64,000 bases of DNA, taken from positions 7,782-71,781 of the forward strand of contig JAZRAG010000075.1 in the NCBI GenBank assembly GCA_045634445.1, in the 5' to 3' direction. Positions within the stretch are counted from its first letter, which is position 1; the number at the start of each line of letters is the position of its first letter. Shown here piece by piece: positions 49,187-58,034 of this stretch. This stretch comes from Candidatus Spyradenecus sp. Its GTDB lineage: Bacteria > Verrucomicrobiota > Kiritimatiellia > RFP12 > DVOR01. The position numbers were made by a program, and so were the translations under genes. Under the pieces are notes generated by a model that made no database searches, was not told the origin of the DNA, and was given only the letters and a program-made list of their open reading frames with translations.

Positions 49187-50287
49187 ATGGATCCTAAACA
49201 AAAACTCATCTTCGGAATTGTAGCAGGCGCTTGCACTGCTGCAATCATCGCGCTTGCAGCGTTGCTCTTTGGGCAAATCGGAGCGAAGAACGAAGCAAAA
49301 GAAGCGCGCGATAATGCCGCATCTGAAATTCGCGGCTACTACTCTGAAGCCATCTACCCTTCGAAGGCCAATCGTGATATCCGTGAACAGGATACGAAGA
49401 CCTACACTGAAGTGGCAGAAGCCGCACGAGCTTTACTCGCAAAGCCTTTGGAATATCCCAAGGGAGAATCCCCCTCGCAATTCGTGACGCGCGTGGCTGA
49501 CACCATTCACGCATTGGATGCGCGCAAGAATGCTTCCCGAGTGGAAATCTTTGATGGCATTGCCAAAAACAAGAATGCTACGCCCGCAGAGCAGGGGATG
49601 GATTACTCCTTCGGCCGCTATGTGCAGCAGGGTGAATTGCCTAAGGATACCGATGTGCCGCGTTTGGCTCATCAGTTCGCAGTGATTGAACACGTCTGCG
49701 ACATCCTTTTGGATGCAGGTGCATTGGACATCACCAAGGTCACACGTGAAATGTTCGACACCGCAGCAAAGCCTGTGCAAGAAGATAAGAATGCACGTCG
49801 CACGACGCGTCGCTCCAAGGCTAAGGAAGAACCTGTTGCAACCACAGGTGTGCAGCTCCCTGATGAACTCGCTAAGGATGGCGTCACCGCAGAGGCGTTC
49901 ACCATAACCTTCCGTGCGCAGTATGCAACCATCGCGAAAGTAATGAATACCTTGGCCAAGGATTCCCTCTTTGTCGTGGTAACGGATGTCTCCTTTAATA
50001 ATCCTATGGACTTGCGTACGCGTGTTGCCGACATGGTGAAGCGTCGTGAATCTGCTCGCGCGACCGCTGCACGTCGTAATCGCAATCGTGCCGCAGAAGA
50101 AAATGCAGAACCCGTTAAGGAAGTCGCACTCTTTGAAACTGCAGCACCTGCAGAGCGCTTGGTTACCGACCCCGAAAACGCGATGCCGATGGAAGTCTCC
50201 ATTTCGTTTGAAGTTTATTCGGTGCCTCCCGCTGAAGAGCCTGAAGCCGAAACCGCCGAAACCGATTCGGCCAAAACTGCAGAATAA
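49187..50287 (+). CDS. bitopic membrane protein, Amuc_1100-like / PilO-like
   Basis: N-terminal TM LIFGIVAGACTAAIIALAALLF; segment TFRAQYATIAKVMNTLAKDSLFVVVTDVSFNN resembles (from memory) Amuc_1100 AFQGDRESVLKAMNAITGMQDYLFTVNSIRIRN. Confidence 0.55.
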   Translation: MDPKQKLIFGIVAGACTAAIIALAALLFGQIGAKNEAKEARDNAASEIRGYYSEAIYPSKANRDIREQDTKTYTEVAEAARALLAKPLEYPKGESPSQFVTRVADTIHALDARKNASRVEIFDGIAKNKNATPAEQGMDYSFGRYVQQGELPKDTDVPRLAHQFAVIEHVCDILLDAGALDITKVTREMFDTAAKPVQEDKNARRTTRRSKAKEEPVATTGVQLPDELAKDGVTAEAFTITFRAQYATIAKVMNTLAKDSLFVVVTDVSFNNPMDLRTRVADMVKRRESARATAARRNRNRAAEENAEPVKEVALFETAAPAERLVTDPENAMPMEVSISFEVYSVPPAEEPEAETAETDSAKTAE

Positions 50288-50305
50288 GGAAGGAATCACG
50301 CAATT

Positions 50306-51445
50306 ATGGCAAACCAACTTCCTCCATTTTTAAAGCACTACGATCGCCTCGCCGCGGTCTTAGTCTTGGTGGCATTGTTGATCTCCCTCGCCTTCCTCGT
50401 GCTGAGGGGTGTTAGCCTCCAGCAAGAAGAGCGCGAATACGATGCAGACCTTGAAGCAGGTCAGCCCTCAACCTCTCAAGTGAAGCCTGCTGATAACGCA
50501 GCAGACCTCGCTTTGATTGCTGTGGTGGCAAATCCGCCCGCTGAAAAGTTGCTCGCACTTCAGGACAATCCTGAACTTGCAAACATGGGTACGCCTGAAC
50601 GCCGCTTGCTCTGCGTGAAGTGCACCAAGCCCATCGTTTGGGGTGCAGAAAAGTGCACCTTCTGCGCAGCCGTTCAGCCTAAGGAAGAAAAGATTGACCT
50701 CGCAGCGGTTGACTCCGATGGTGACGGCATTCCTGATATTGAAGAATTGAAGCTTAAGCTCAATCCGCAGGACGGCAATGACGTTGACTTGGATAATGAT
50801 GCCGACGGCTTCACGAATATTGAAGAATATTTGGCAAAGACCGATATGAACGATGCTGCAAGCCACCCTGGCTATGAAGGTCGTTTTGCATTGAAGTCAA
50901 TTGAAGGCACGAAGTTGCAAATTCGCGCAATCGATAAGATGCAGCTCCCCTCCACGAAGGATGCAGACGGAAAGAGTGTTTCTCACTACGCAGTCACCTT
51001 CGTTTCTGTGAATGCAGATGGTGTGATGGGTACCAATCCTGTTCGCGCTAAGGATGGCGAAGAAATTATGTCTAAGGCAGGCACCAGTACTGGTTATCGC
51101 TTTGTTCGCTACAACGAGCTTCCTAAGAAGAAGATTGAAGTTGGCGAACACAAGCAACAGCGCTTTGTTGACGTTTCGGAAGTTGAACTTGTGCGTGTGG
51201 CTGACAATAAGAAAATTGTCACCATTATGTATGACAAAAACAATCCCGAATGGCCTGGCGATCCGCTACTTGAACAGCGCGCAACTTTGGAATTTGACAT
51301 CCCTGGCGTGAAAAACGTGGTTGTTGCTCCTGGTGGTAAATTCACCGTAAAGGGCGAAAAATACACGGTTTTGAGCGTTGATGCCGAGAAAAAAGTCGTA
51401 ACCATTCAGAAAAATGCGACTGGCGCGAAATTTGACTTGAAATAA
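50306..51445 (+). CDS. bitopic membrane protein with zinc-ribbon and DxDxDG calcium-binding motifs (positional analogue of Amuc_1099; PilP-like role possible)
   Basis: TM LAAVLVLVALLISLAFLVL; CVKC...CTFC; DSDGDGIPDIEE and DLDNDADGFTNIEEY; beta-rich C-terminus. Confidence 0.55.
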   Translation: MANQLPPFLKHYDRLAAVLVLVALLISLAFLVLRGVSLQQEEREYDADLEAGQPSTSQVKPADNAADLALIAVVANPPAEKLLALQDNPELANMGTPERRLLCVKCTKPIVWGAEKCTFCAAVQPKEEKIDLAAVDSDGDGIPDIEELKLKLNPQDGNDVDLDNDADGFTNIEEYLAKTDMNDAASHPGYEGRFALKSIEGTKLQIRAIDKMQLPSTKDADGKSVSHYAVTFVSVNADGVMGTNPVRAKDGEEIMSKAGTSTGYRFVRYNELPKKKIEVGEHKQQRFVDVSEVELVRVADNKKIVTIMYDKNNPEWPGDPLLEQRATLEFDIPGVKNVVVAPGGKFTVKGEKYTVLSVDAEKKVVTIQKNATGAKFDLK

Positions 51446-51519
51446 TTCTTTTATTGGGTTATACTTACCTCACGATTTGGAATGGGTAAAGAGCCCAACT
51501 AACTGCGGAGAAACGTGTT

Positions 51520-54500
51520 ATGACACAATTTGTACGCTTTGCCATGATCGGCGCATTAGCCGCTGGGGCATCAGTATGCGCCATTGCGCAAGACGATGAC
51601 AGTCTTGACGCCCTCTTGGGGGACCTCGTAGAGGATGTCGCGATTGAAGAAGACGCTGTAGCTGTCGACGAAATCGCTGACGAACCTGCTGAAGAAGTCG
51701 CCGAAGTGCCTGCCGAAGAAGCAGTCGAAGAGGTCGCTGAAGAAGTTGCTGCCGTCGACGAAGATCCTATCGCAGATGAACCTGCAGAAGACGTCGCTGA
51801 AGTCCCCGCAGAAGAAGCGGTGGAAGAAGTTGCTGAAGTTGCAGATGAACCTGCTGAAGAGGTCGTGGAAGAAGTCGCCGAAGCAGACGAACCCGCAGCC
51901 GAAGTCGAAGAAGTGATCGCCGAAGCAGACGAGCCCGCAGAAGAAGTTGCGGAAGAAGTCGCTGAAGTTGAAGCTGACGCAGACGAAGCAGTCGAAGTGG
52001 TTGAAGTGGCAGACGAGCCCGCAGAAGAAGCTGTGGAAGAAGTCGCTGTCGCAGACATGGAAACTGAAATCAAAGAAATCGCGGAAGCTCCTGCAGACGA
52101 ACCCGCCGAAGGTTTGCTCGCTGGCGTCAACACCTCCGTTGAACCGATTGAAGAACTTACCGAAGAAGAACGCAAGTATAATGATCTTGCGCTCTTGATG
52201 GAACTCAAGAATCGTGGCTTGGATAACCATGCATATGCTTGCTTGGCTAAGGCTCGTGAATTGATGACCACGCCTCCGCAGCCTGGCAAGGCCTTCAATC
52301 AGTACGCTGATGCTATTAAGATGTATAAGGACGCTCAGGTTTACTTCCGTCAGCGCGAAGAAAACCTCCCTCTCCGCAATGAGTGTGACATCGGCATCCG
52401 CGAAGCTGAATATCGTCAGGCAAAGGTTCGCTTTGAAGAAGGTAACTTCGTTGAAGCTCTTGAAATGGCTCAGAATGTCCAGCTCAGCGGCCATCCTCAG
52501 GGCGCAGCTTTGATTGAAATCATTCAGGACGAAATGAATAAGCCGGTGGAAGTTCGCCCGAACCCCATCCTTCCTGAATACGCTAAGGAAGAATATCAGC
52601 GCAATCGTTTGGCCATTCAGGAACGTATGCGCCGTGCAACCGTTTACTTCCAGCTCGCTAAGTATCGTGAAGCAAACGATCAGTTGGAACTCATTCTCCG
52701 TGATGACCCCAACAATGAAGAAGCAATTAGCTTGCGTGCTCGCGTGAATCGTCGTCATGCAGATCGCAATCGTCAGTTGAAGTATTCCACACACGATGAA
52801 ATGATTAGCCAGGTGGAAGCTAACTGGACTCCCCTTGGTGCTCTCGCCCGCAACTCTGAAGAACTCTACGCTCCTGTAGAATCTAAGGGTGCCACCACGA
52901 AGGTGAACAAGGAGGGCGAAAAGGAAGAAGCAGTCGTGATGGCTAAGTTGCAGTACATCCGCTTGCCTGAATTCTCTATCCGTCCGCCGAGCACGCTCGC
53001 TGACGCAGTTGCGCTCTTCGCTGAACTCTCTAAGGATTACGACAAGCCCGAACTTCCTCCGGAAGAAAAGGGTATCGCTTTCGTGTTGAACATGGGCAAA
53101 AAGCCCGCGGCAGCTGCGGAAGAAACCGAAGATGATCCGTTCGCATCTGAATCGGAATCCTCCTCTGGCCTTCCTCCGATTGCCTCCATCTCCATGCCTT
53201 GGGTGACCCTCAAGGAAGCATTGGACATGGTTTGCGAAGTGACTGGCTCCAAGTACGTGATTAAGGGTAAAATCGTGATGATCGTTCCCGCAACACACGT
53301 TGACGGTATCATGGTCACGCGTTCCTATAACGTGATGGGCGGCTTGGTTGAAAAGCTCAGCCAAGTGAACAGTGAAATGGGTTCTTCTAGCGATGACAGC
53401 GATTGGGGTTCTGACTCCGAAAGTAGCTTCACTGCACCCTCTACCGACGCGGCATCCTTGAAGGCCTTCTTCACTGACCTCGGCGTGCCCTTTGATGGTG
53501 GTGCTCGAATCGCCTACTTGCCGACCATCGGTAAGCTCCGTGTTACAAATACTCCTGAAAACTTGGCAATCCTCGAAGGCGTCCTTGAAGACCTCAACGT
53601 GACTCCGTCTCAGATTGAAGTTGAAGCTCGCTTCGTTGAAGTAAGCCAGGAAGACTTGAACTCCCTCGGTTTTGAATGGGGCTTGAATGGTGACGTTGTT
53701 GGCACCATCGGTTCTGGTATCGACTGGGCTGACTCTGTGATTTCTGGCAATGCTAACCGTGGTCTCGCCGCAGGCGGTACTGGTGCAAATGGCAATGTCT
53801 TCCGCCCTGGACGCGGTGGCACGGGTGATGCAAACGTAGCTGTTCATGGTGGCTCTCTTAATAATGGTATGCGCTTCCTTGGCGATGGTAATGCATATGC
53901 AAATCGTATTAACCTCGCAGGTAGCACCATTGCTCCCGATGATACCTTTGCCAGCTTCTCCGCTGTCTTTGGTCGCGTGGACATGACGATGGTCCTCCAC
54001 ATGTTGGCTCAGCGCTCCGATACGGATATGCTCTCCAGCCCCAAGGTGCTCGCACGCCCTGGCCAGGAAGCACTCATCCGCGTGGTGACCGAACACATTT
54101 ATCCTACCGAATTCGATATTACCGAACTCGAAGAAGCTGAACAGAACTGGAACGGTAATAACGGTGGTAGCAGCCTTGCTGGAGGCTTGACCGGTGGCCT
54201 CATCGGTGGTAATAATGTGCAGATGAATGCACCGCCTGTGAAGTTCGCTGTTGAACCTCAGTCCTTCGAAAAGACGGACGTGGGTGTCTCCTTGCAGGTT
54301 GTCCCTGAACTTTCTCAGGAAGGTCAGATGATCAACATGTTGGTCAACCCCAAGGTTGTTGAATATCTCGGTGACTTTGACTACGGTATGAAGGTGCCTT
54401 ACATCCAGTACGGCATGACCGCAGGTGCAGTTTCTAGCGCTCAGGTTGAATACTACAACGTAGAAATGCCTCAGCCGAAGTTCCATGTTCGTGAAATCAA

Positions 54501-54786
54501 TACCTATATCTCTGTCTACAACGGCTCTACGGTTGTGATGGGTGGCTTGATTACCGAAACGCGTAAGTCCTTCGAAGATAAGGTTCCGTTCTTGGGTGAC
54601 CTTCCCTTCATTGGCTTCCTCTTCCGCTCTAAGGGCGAATTCAGCGAAAAGCGCAACCTCCTCGTCTTCCTTACCGCTCGTTTGGTTGACCCTGCAGGCC
54701 GCCCGTTGAAGACCGCTACCGATGGTCGTACAGGCAATGCTGCAATGGATACCGCAGCAGAAACCATGGACTCCATCGCAGAGTAA
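51520..54786 (+). CDS. pilQ: secretin (PilQ/GspD family), 1088 aa, with signal peptide, ~170-aa acidic repeat region, TPR-like helical region and Gly/Asn-rich insert
   Basis: C-terminal secretin domain (VPFLGDLPFIGFLFRSKGEFSEKRNLLVFLTARLVDPAGRP); signal MTQFVRFAMIGALAAGASVCAIAQ. Confidence 0.85.
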   Translation: MTQFVRFAMIGALAAGASVCAIAQDDDSLDALLGDLVEDVAIEEDAVAVDEIADEPAEEVAEVPAEEAVEEVAEEVAAVDEDPIADEPAEDVAEVPAEEAVEEVAEVADEPAEEVVEEVAEADEPAAEVEEVIAEADEPAEEVAEEVAEVEADADEAVEVVEVADEPAEEAVEEVAVADMETEIKEIAEAPADEPAEGLLAGVNTSVEPIEELTEEERKYNDLALLMELKNRGLDNHAYACLAKARELMTTPPQPGKAFNQYADAIKMYKDAQVYFRQREENLPLRNECDIGIREAEYRQAKVRFEEGNFVEALEMAQNVQLSGHPQGAALIEIIQDEMNKPVEVRPNPILPEYAKEEYQRNRLAIQERMRRATVYFQLAKYREANDQLELILRDDPNNEEAISLRARVNRRHADRNRQLKYSTHDEMISQVEANWTPLGALARNSEELYAPVESKGATTKVNKEGEKEEAVVMAKLQYIRLPEFSIRPPSTLADAVALFAELSKDYDKPELPPEEKGIAFVLNMGKKPAAAAEETEDDPFASESESSSGLPPIASISMPWVTLKEALDMVCEVTGSKYVIKGKIVMIVPATHVDGIMVTRSYNVMGGLVEKLSQVNSEMGSSSDDSDWGSDSESSFTAPSTDAASLKAFFTDLGVPFDGGARIAYLPTIGKLRVTNTPENLAILEGVLEDLNVTPSQIEVEARFVEVSQEDLNSLGFEWGLNGDVVGTIGSGIDWADSVISGNANRGLAAGGTGANGNVFRPGRGGTGDANVAVHGGSLNNGMRFLGDGNAYANRINLAGSTIAPDDTFASFSAVFGRVDMTMVLHMLAQRSDTDMLSSPKVLARPGQEALIRVVTEHIYPTEFDITELEEAEQNWNGNNGGSSLAGGLTGGLIGGNNVQMNAPPVKFAVEPQSFEKTDVGVSLQVVPELSQEGQMINMLVNPKVVEYLGDFDYGMKVPYIQYGMTAGAVSSAQVEYYNVEMPQPKFHVREINTYISVYNGSTVVMGGLITETRKSFEDKVPFLGDLPFIGFLFRSKGEFSEKRNLLVFLTARLVDPAGRPLKTATDGRTGNAAMDTAAETMDSIAE
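51640..52110 (+). repeat. degenerate in-frame tandem repeats encoding (A/V)EE(V/A)AE..DEPAEE units
   Basis: Repeated gaagaagtcgc / gacgaacctgc blocks; about 10 units of 14-18 codons. Confidence 0.7.
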
Positions 54787-54805
54787 GGTTGAGAAAACTA
54801 AAAGA

Positions 54806-54838
54806 AAACGCGGCATGAAAGTGCCGCGTTTCTTTTTA
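54806..54838 (+). terminator. intrinsic terminator of the secretin operon (aacgcggca/tgccgcgtt + TCTTTTTATT)
   Basis: 9-bp GC-rich stem, 6-nt loop, T-run. Confidence 0.8.
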
Positions 54839-55308
54839 TTAAAGACTTGGTTTGATATATCACACATTTAACTAGCAATAAAGCAGAGGATTGGAAACTG
54901 TTCGAATAGATTGAGATATGATAATTTTAAGAGAGACACAATCGTAGAGAAGGGCATAAAGTGTGATCTTTAATTATAGCCAGAGTTAAAAACATCTTTT
55001 AGAAGTGGGGTATATCGGAGTGGTTTGTGATAGAGAAGAGGGTATAAGAATAAAAGATTTCTAAGGTGTAGGTAACGCGGATAAATGTAGAAATCTTGGG
55101 TGTGAATCGTTACTGAATGTGGTAGTTAACACTGAAAGTTTGGCAACATTCTCGTAGTGATGTAATCTTTAAGGGATAACGAATATTGTGATGTCATTAA
55201 AGGAAATTTAAGCAGGGTTCTGTTAGGTGTTATTTATAAAAGAGGGGCACTCTTTAATTTTGCTATAAATAAAGCGTTAAATAAATTAAAGAAAGTTTAA
55301 AAAAGTAC

Positions 55309-55338
55309 TTGCATTCTGCTATTTAGATTTAGTATACT
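55309..55338 (+). promoter_or_regulatory. candidate promoter for tRNA-Val (TTGCAT-N18-TATACT)
   Basis: -10 ends 12 nt before tRNA 5' end; embedded in 500-bp AT-rich region. Confidence 0.4.
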
Positions 55339-55350
55339 TATTCGCGTTTT

Positions 55351-55427
55351 CGGGCTGTTAGCTCAGTTGGTTAGAGCACTACCTTCACACGGTAGGGGTC
55401 GCTGGTTCGAGTCCAGCACAGCCCACC
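55351..55427 (+). tRNA. tRNA-Val (anticodon CAC)
   Basis: Acceptor GGGCTGT/ACAGCCC, D arm AGCTCAGTTGGTTAGAGC, anticodon loop TTCACAC, T arm CTGGTTCGAGTCCAG, encoded CCA. Confidence 0.9.
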
Positions 55428-55433
55428 ATAATT

Positions 55434-55468
55434 TATCCGGATAGGTCTTCCTATTCGGATTTTTTTGT
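55434..55468 (+). terminator. intrinsic terminator after tRNA-Val
   Basis: atccggatagg-tctt-cctattcggat + TTTTTTT. Confidence 0.8.
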
Positions 55469-55629
55469 TTTCGAGAAATGTTCTAACGTTGAATGTCTCT
55501 TCTTATTCCTACATACTCTTTTTATTATTCCAATAATAAGGTGTTTAACAACAAGAAAGGTGGGCGTTCGGAAAGAAGGTGGAAAAGGTAAAGGTTATAG
55601 GAGTATATTTCCTGGTGTATGAGTAAAAA

Positions 55630-55654
55630 TCACGGCAGCTTTAGGCTGCCGTGA
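55630..55654 (-). terminator. intrinsic terminator of minus-strand gene 55685-56278
   Basis: tcacggcagc/gctgccgtga 10-bp stem; A-run on plus 5' side gives U-tail on minus transcript. Confidence 0.7.
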
Positions 55655-55684
55655 CAGTGTTTTAAAGCGGTTGTAGCGGATTTG

Positions 55685-56278
55685 TTAATCCTCTGGGTGA
55701 AGTTTGCGGAGTGCAGCTTCTGCGGCGTCTAGTTCGCGTGCAGGGAGGTTGTCAAAGCCAACAGGAGGATGGTTGCCGTTTTGTGATACGGTAGAGTAGG
55801 CAAAGTGGATGTCACCTGTCCCATTACGGCGTTCAATTCGGTCAATAAAGTTTATCTCGGGTGCTCGCCAAGACTTACGAAGAATACGCCCAAAGCAGAC
55901 AGCACGTTTGGTTGTAACTGCGTAGATTTGCCCAGTCATTGCAATACGCTTCCAGAGCGGCGCAAAGAGGGTCGCAATGCCAATCACAATAAACGGAACA
56001 AAGAATGCGCAGATACCAATCTTGAACCAAATAGAAATTGCGTCTGCAGTAGTTTTGACACCGTTTACAGTGATAGGCTCATTGGAATCGCCAAAGACGA
56101 CTTGGCTTAGAAAGATGGCGCATAGTGTTCCACTGATTGCGGACCAAGGGATGCCGAAGAGCATAGCTCCGATGGTTGCCTTGGAGAATGCGCGTGGGAT
56201 AGGCTTGGCACACCAGACAAGTTGCTCATTGACGTCAAGCTTGTTATGGATGCGTTGTGTTTCTTCGGGAGTAAGCAT
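55685..56278 (-). CDS. hypothetical membrane protein (two TM helices + C-terminal PH-like/YdbT-like domain)
   Basis: TM LFGIPWSAISGTLCAIFL and ICAFFVPFIVIGIATLF; no recognisable catalytic motif. Confidence 0.45.
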   Translation of the reverse strand: MLTPEETQRIHNKLDVNEQLVWCAKPIPRAFSKATIGAMLFGIPWSAISGTLCAIFLSQVVFGDSNEPITVNGVKTTADAISIWFKIGICAFFVPFIVIGIATLFAPLWKRIAMTGQIYAVTTKRAVCFGRILRKSWRAPEINFIDRIERRNGTGDIHFAYSTVSQNGNHPPVGFDNLPARELDAAEAALRKLHPED

Positions 56279-56306
56279 AACGATGTCCTTTTATGTAAGC
56301 GTTTTA

Positions 56307-56345
56307 TTGGGGTGTTTTAAGGCAGACCGCCGTCTGCGGGGCAGA
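56307..56345. other. GC-rich perfect hairpin (agaccgccgtctgc-ggg-gcagacggcggtct) downstream of ettA
   Basis: 14-bp stem; lacks a clear U-tail on either strand. Confidence 0.4.
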
Positions 56346-56361
56346 CGGCGGTCTTAGACGC

Positions 56362-58017
56362 TTAGTGGCGGACTGGGCGGAACTTAATGCGCTTAGGTTT
56401 GTCAGCGTCATCGCCGAGTTCCTTACGGCGCATTTCGTGGTAGTCGGAGTAGGAGCCTTCAAACCAGCGGACCTTGGAGTCGCCTTCAAAGGCGAGAATG
56501 TGCGTAGCAATACGGTCAAGGAACCAACGGTCGTGGGAGACAACTACTGCGCAACCACCGAAATCTTGAATACCTTCTTCAAGCGAACGGAGTGTGCCAA
56601 CGTCAAGGTCGTTGGTCGGTTCGTCGAGGAGGAGAAGGTTACCGCCAGAGCGGAGGAGTTTTGCGAGGTGCACGCGGTTACGTTCACCGCCAGAGAGTAC
56701 GCCAACCTTCTTCTGTTGGTCGGTGCCCTTGAGGTTGAAACGAGAGCAGTAGGCGCGGCCATTCATCATGCCCTTGCCTGCGAGGTTGACGTAATCACCA
56801 CCGCCAGTGATTTCTTCATAGACCGTGTGGTTGGGGTCAAGCGCTTCACGAGACTGGTCAACGTAACTGAGAACAACGGTTTCACCGATGCGGAGTTCGC
56901 CTTCAGAGGGCTTTAATGCACCTGTAATTAACTTGAAGAGGGTGGTCTTACCTGCACCGTTCGCGCCGATTACGCCGACAATGCCACCGCGCGGAAGGTC
57001 AAAGTTGACATTTTCAAAGAGCACCTTGTCGCCAAAGGACATGGAGAGGTTCTTGGCCTGCACCACGAGATTGCCCAAACGGGGACCTGGCGGAATCTGA
57101 ATCTTGAGTTCTTCTTCGCGAGTGTCGACTTGTTGCGAGACGAGTTCTTCGTAACGTGCGAGACGTGCTTTACCCTTTGCACGACGACCAGAAGGATTGG
57201 TGTGAATCCATTCGAGTTCTTGCTGGATCATCTTCTTGCGGCTTTCGGCCTGCTTTGCCTGTGCGGCCATCATAGCTTGCTTTTGTTCAAGCCACTGTTC
57301 GTAGTTGCCCTTATAGGGATACGTACGACCAGCATCCATTTCAAGAATCCACTCGGTGACGTTGTTAAGGAAGTAACGGTCGTGGGTCACCACGATGAGC
57401 GTACCCTTAAACTTCTTTAAGAAGGCTTCAATCCATGCCACGGATTCGGCGTCAAGGTGGTTTGTGGGTTCGTCAAGGAGTAACACGTCTGGATTGGAGA
57501 TAAGCAAACGGCACATTGCAACACGGCGTTTTTCACCACCAGAAAGGACGCCTGCTTTGGTGTCGGGATCTGGGCAGCGGAGCGCTTCCATTGCCATTTC
57601 AACTTGGTGATCAAGGCTCCAGAGATCGTTGGCGTCAATGATTTCCTGAAGACGTGCCATTTCTTCTTCTGCACCAGGTTCATCTAAGCGGCAGCAGAGG
57701 TCTTCATATTTTTCCAACATTGCCTGTGCTTCTGCAACGCCTTCCATGACGCATTCTTGCACGGTCTTTTCGGGATCTAATTCAGGTTCCTGCGGAAGAT
57801 AGCCCACCTTGGTATTCTTGCCGACGTAGCAGGTGCCCATGTAGTCTTTGTCTAAACCTGCGAGAATGCGCAAGAGCGAGGATTTACCTGCACCATTGGC
57901 ACCGATTACGCCGATGTGTGCGCCATGGAAGAATGCGAGATTCACGTCATCAAGAATGACTTTCTTTTCGTGATGCTTAGTGACGTTTTGAAGGTTAAAG
58001 ACATATTCGCCTGCCAT
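56362..58017 (-). CDS. ettA: ABC-F ATPase, energy-dependent translational throttle EttA
   Basis: Two ABC domains with Walker [13 protein letters not shown] / [12 protein letters not shown], signature LSGGE, arm region; end-to-end similarity to E. coli EttA. Confidence 0.88.
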   Translation of the reverse strand: MAGEYVFNLQNVTKHHEKKVILDDVNLAFFHGAHIGVIGANGAGKSSLLRILAGLDKDYMGTCYVGKNTKVGYLPQEPELDPEKTVQECVMEGVAEAQAMLEKYEDLCCRLDEPGAEEEMARLQEIIDANDLWSLDHQVEMAMEALRCPDPDTKAGVLSGGEKRRVAMCRLLISNPDVLLLDEPTNHLDAESVAWIEAFLKKFKGTLIVVTHDRYFLNNVTEWILEMDAGRTYPYKGNYEQWLEQKQAMMAAQAKQAESRKKMIQQELEWIHTNPSGRRAKGKARLARYEELVSQQVDTREEELKIQIPPGPRLGNLVVQAKNLSMSFGDKVLFENVNFDLPRGGIVGVIGANGAGKTTLFKLITGALKPSEGELRIGETVVLSYVDQSREALDPNHTVYEEITGGGDYVNLAGKGMMNGRAYCSRFNLKGTDQQKKVGVLSGGERNRVHLAKLLRSGGNLLLLDEPTNDLDVGTLRSLEEGIQDFGGCAVVVSHDRWFLDRIATHILAFEGDSKVRWFEGSYSDYHEMRRKELGDDADKPKRIKFRPVRH

Positions 58018-58034
58018 AGGAGGGCCTTTCGGAA

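Noticed and set aside
51640-52110. Possible CRISPR-like or VNTR array
   Set aside because: The repeats are in-frame, protein-coding and degenerate, with no spacer/repeat alternation and no cas genes. No CRISPR array exists in the window.
51465-52298. 277-aa Ser/Ala/Thr-rich ORF on the minus strand
   Set aside because: It is the reverse complement of the GAA/GCN-rich acidic repeat region of the secretin, a shadow ORF with no independent signals.
51571-54867. 1098-aa stop-free ORF on the minus strand covering the whole secretin gene
   Set aside because: It is codon-for-codon in phase with the plus-strand secretin frame, so its stops would be sense codons TTA/CTA/TCA. The secretin simply uses none of these (strong codon bias). 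The translation is low-complexity Phe/Arg/Cys-rich nonsense, whereas the plus frame has clear secretin motifs, a signal peptide, a promoter and a terminator.
56307-56345. Rho-independent terminator for ettA
   Set aside because: It is a perfect 14-bp GC stem but lacks a U-run on either strand, so it is recorded only as a hairpin of uncertain function.
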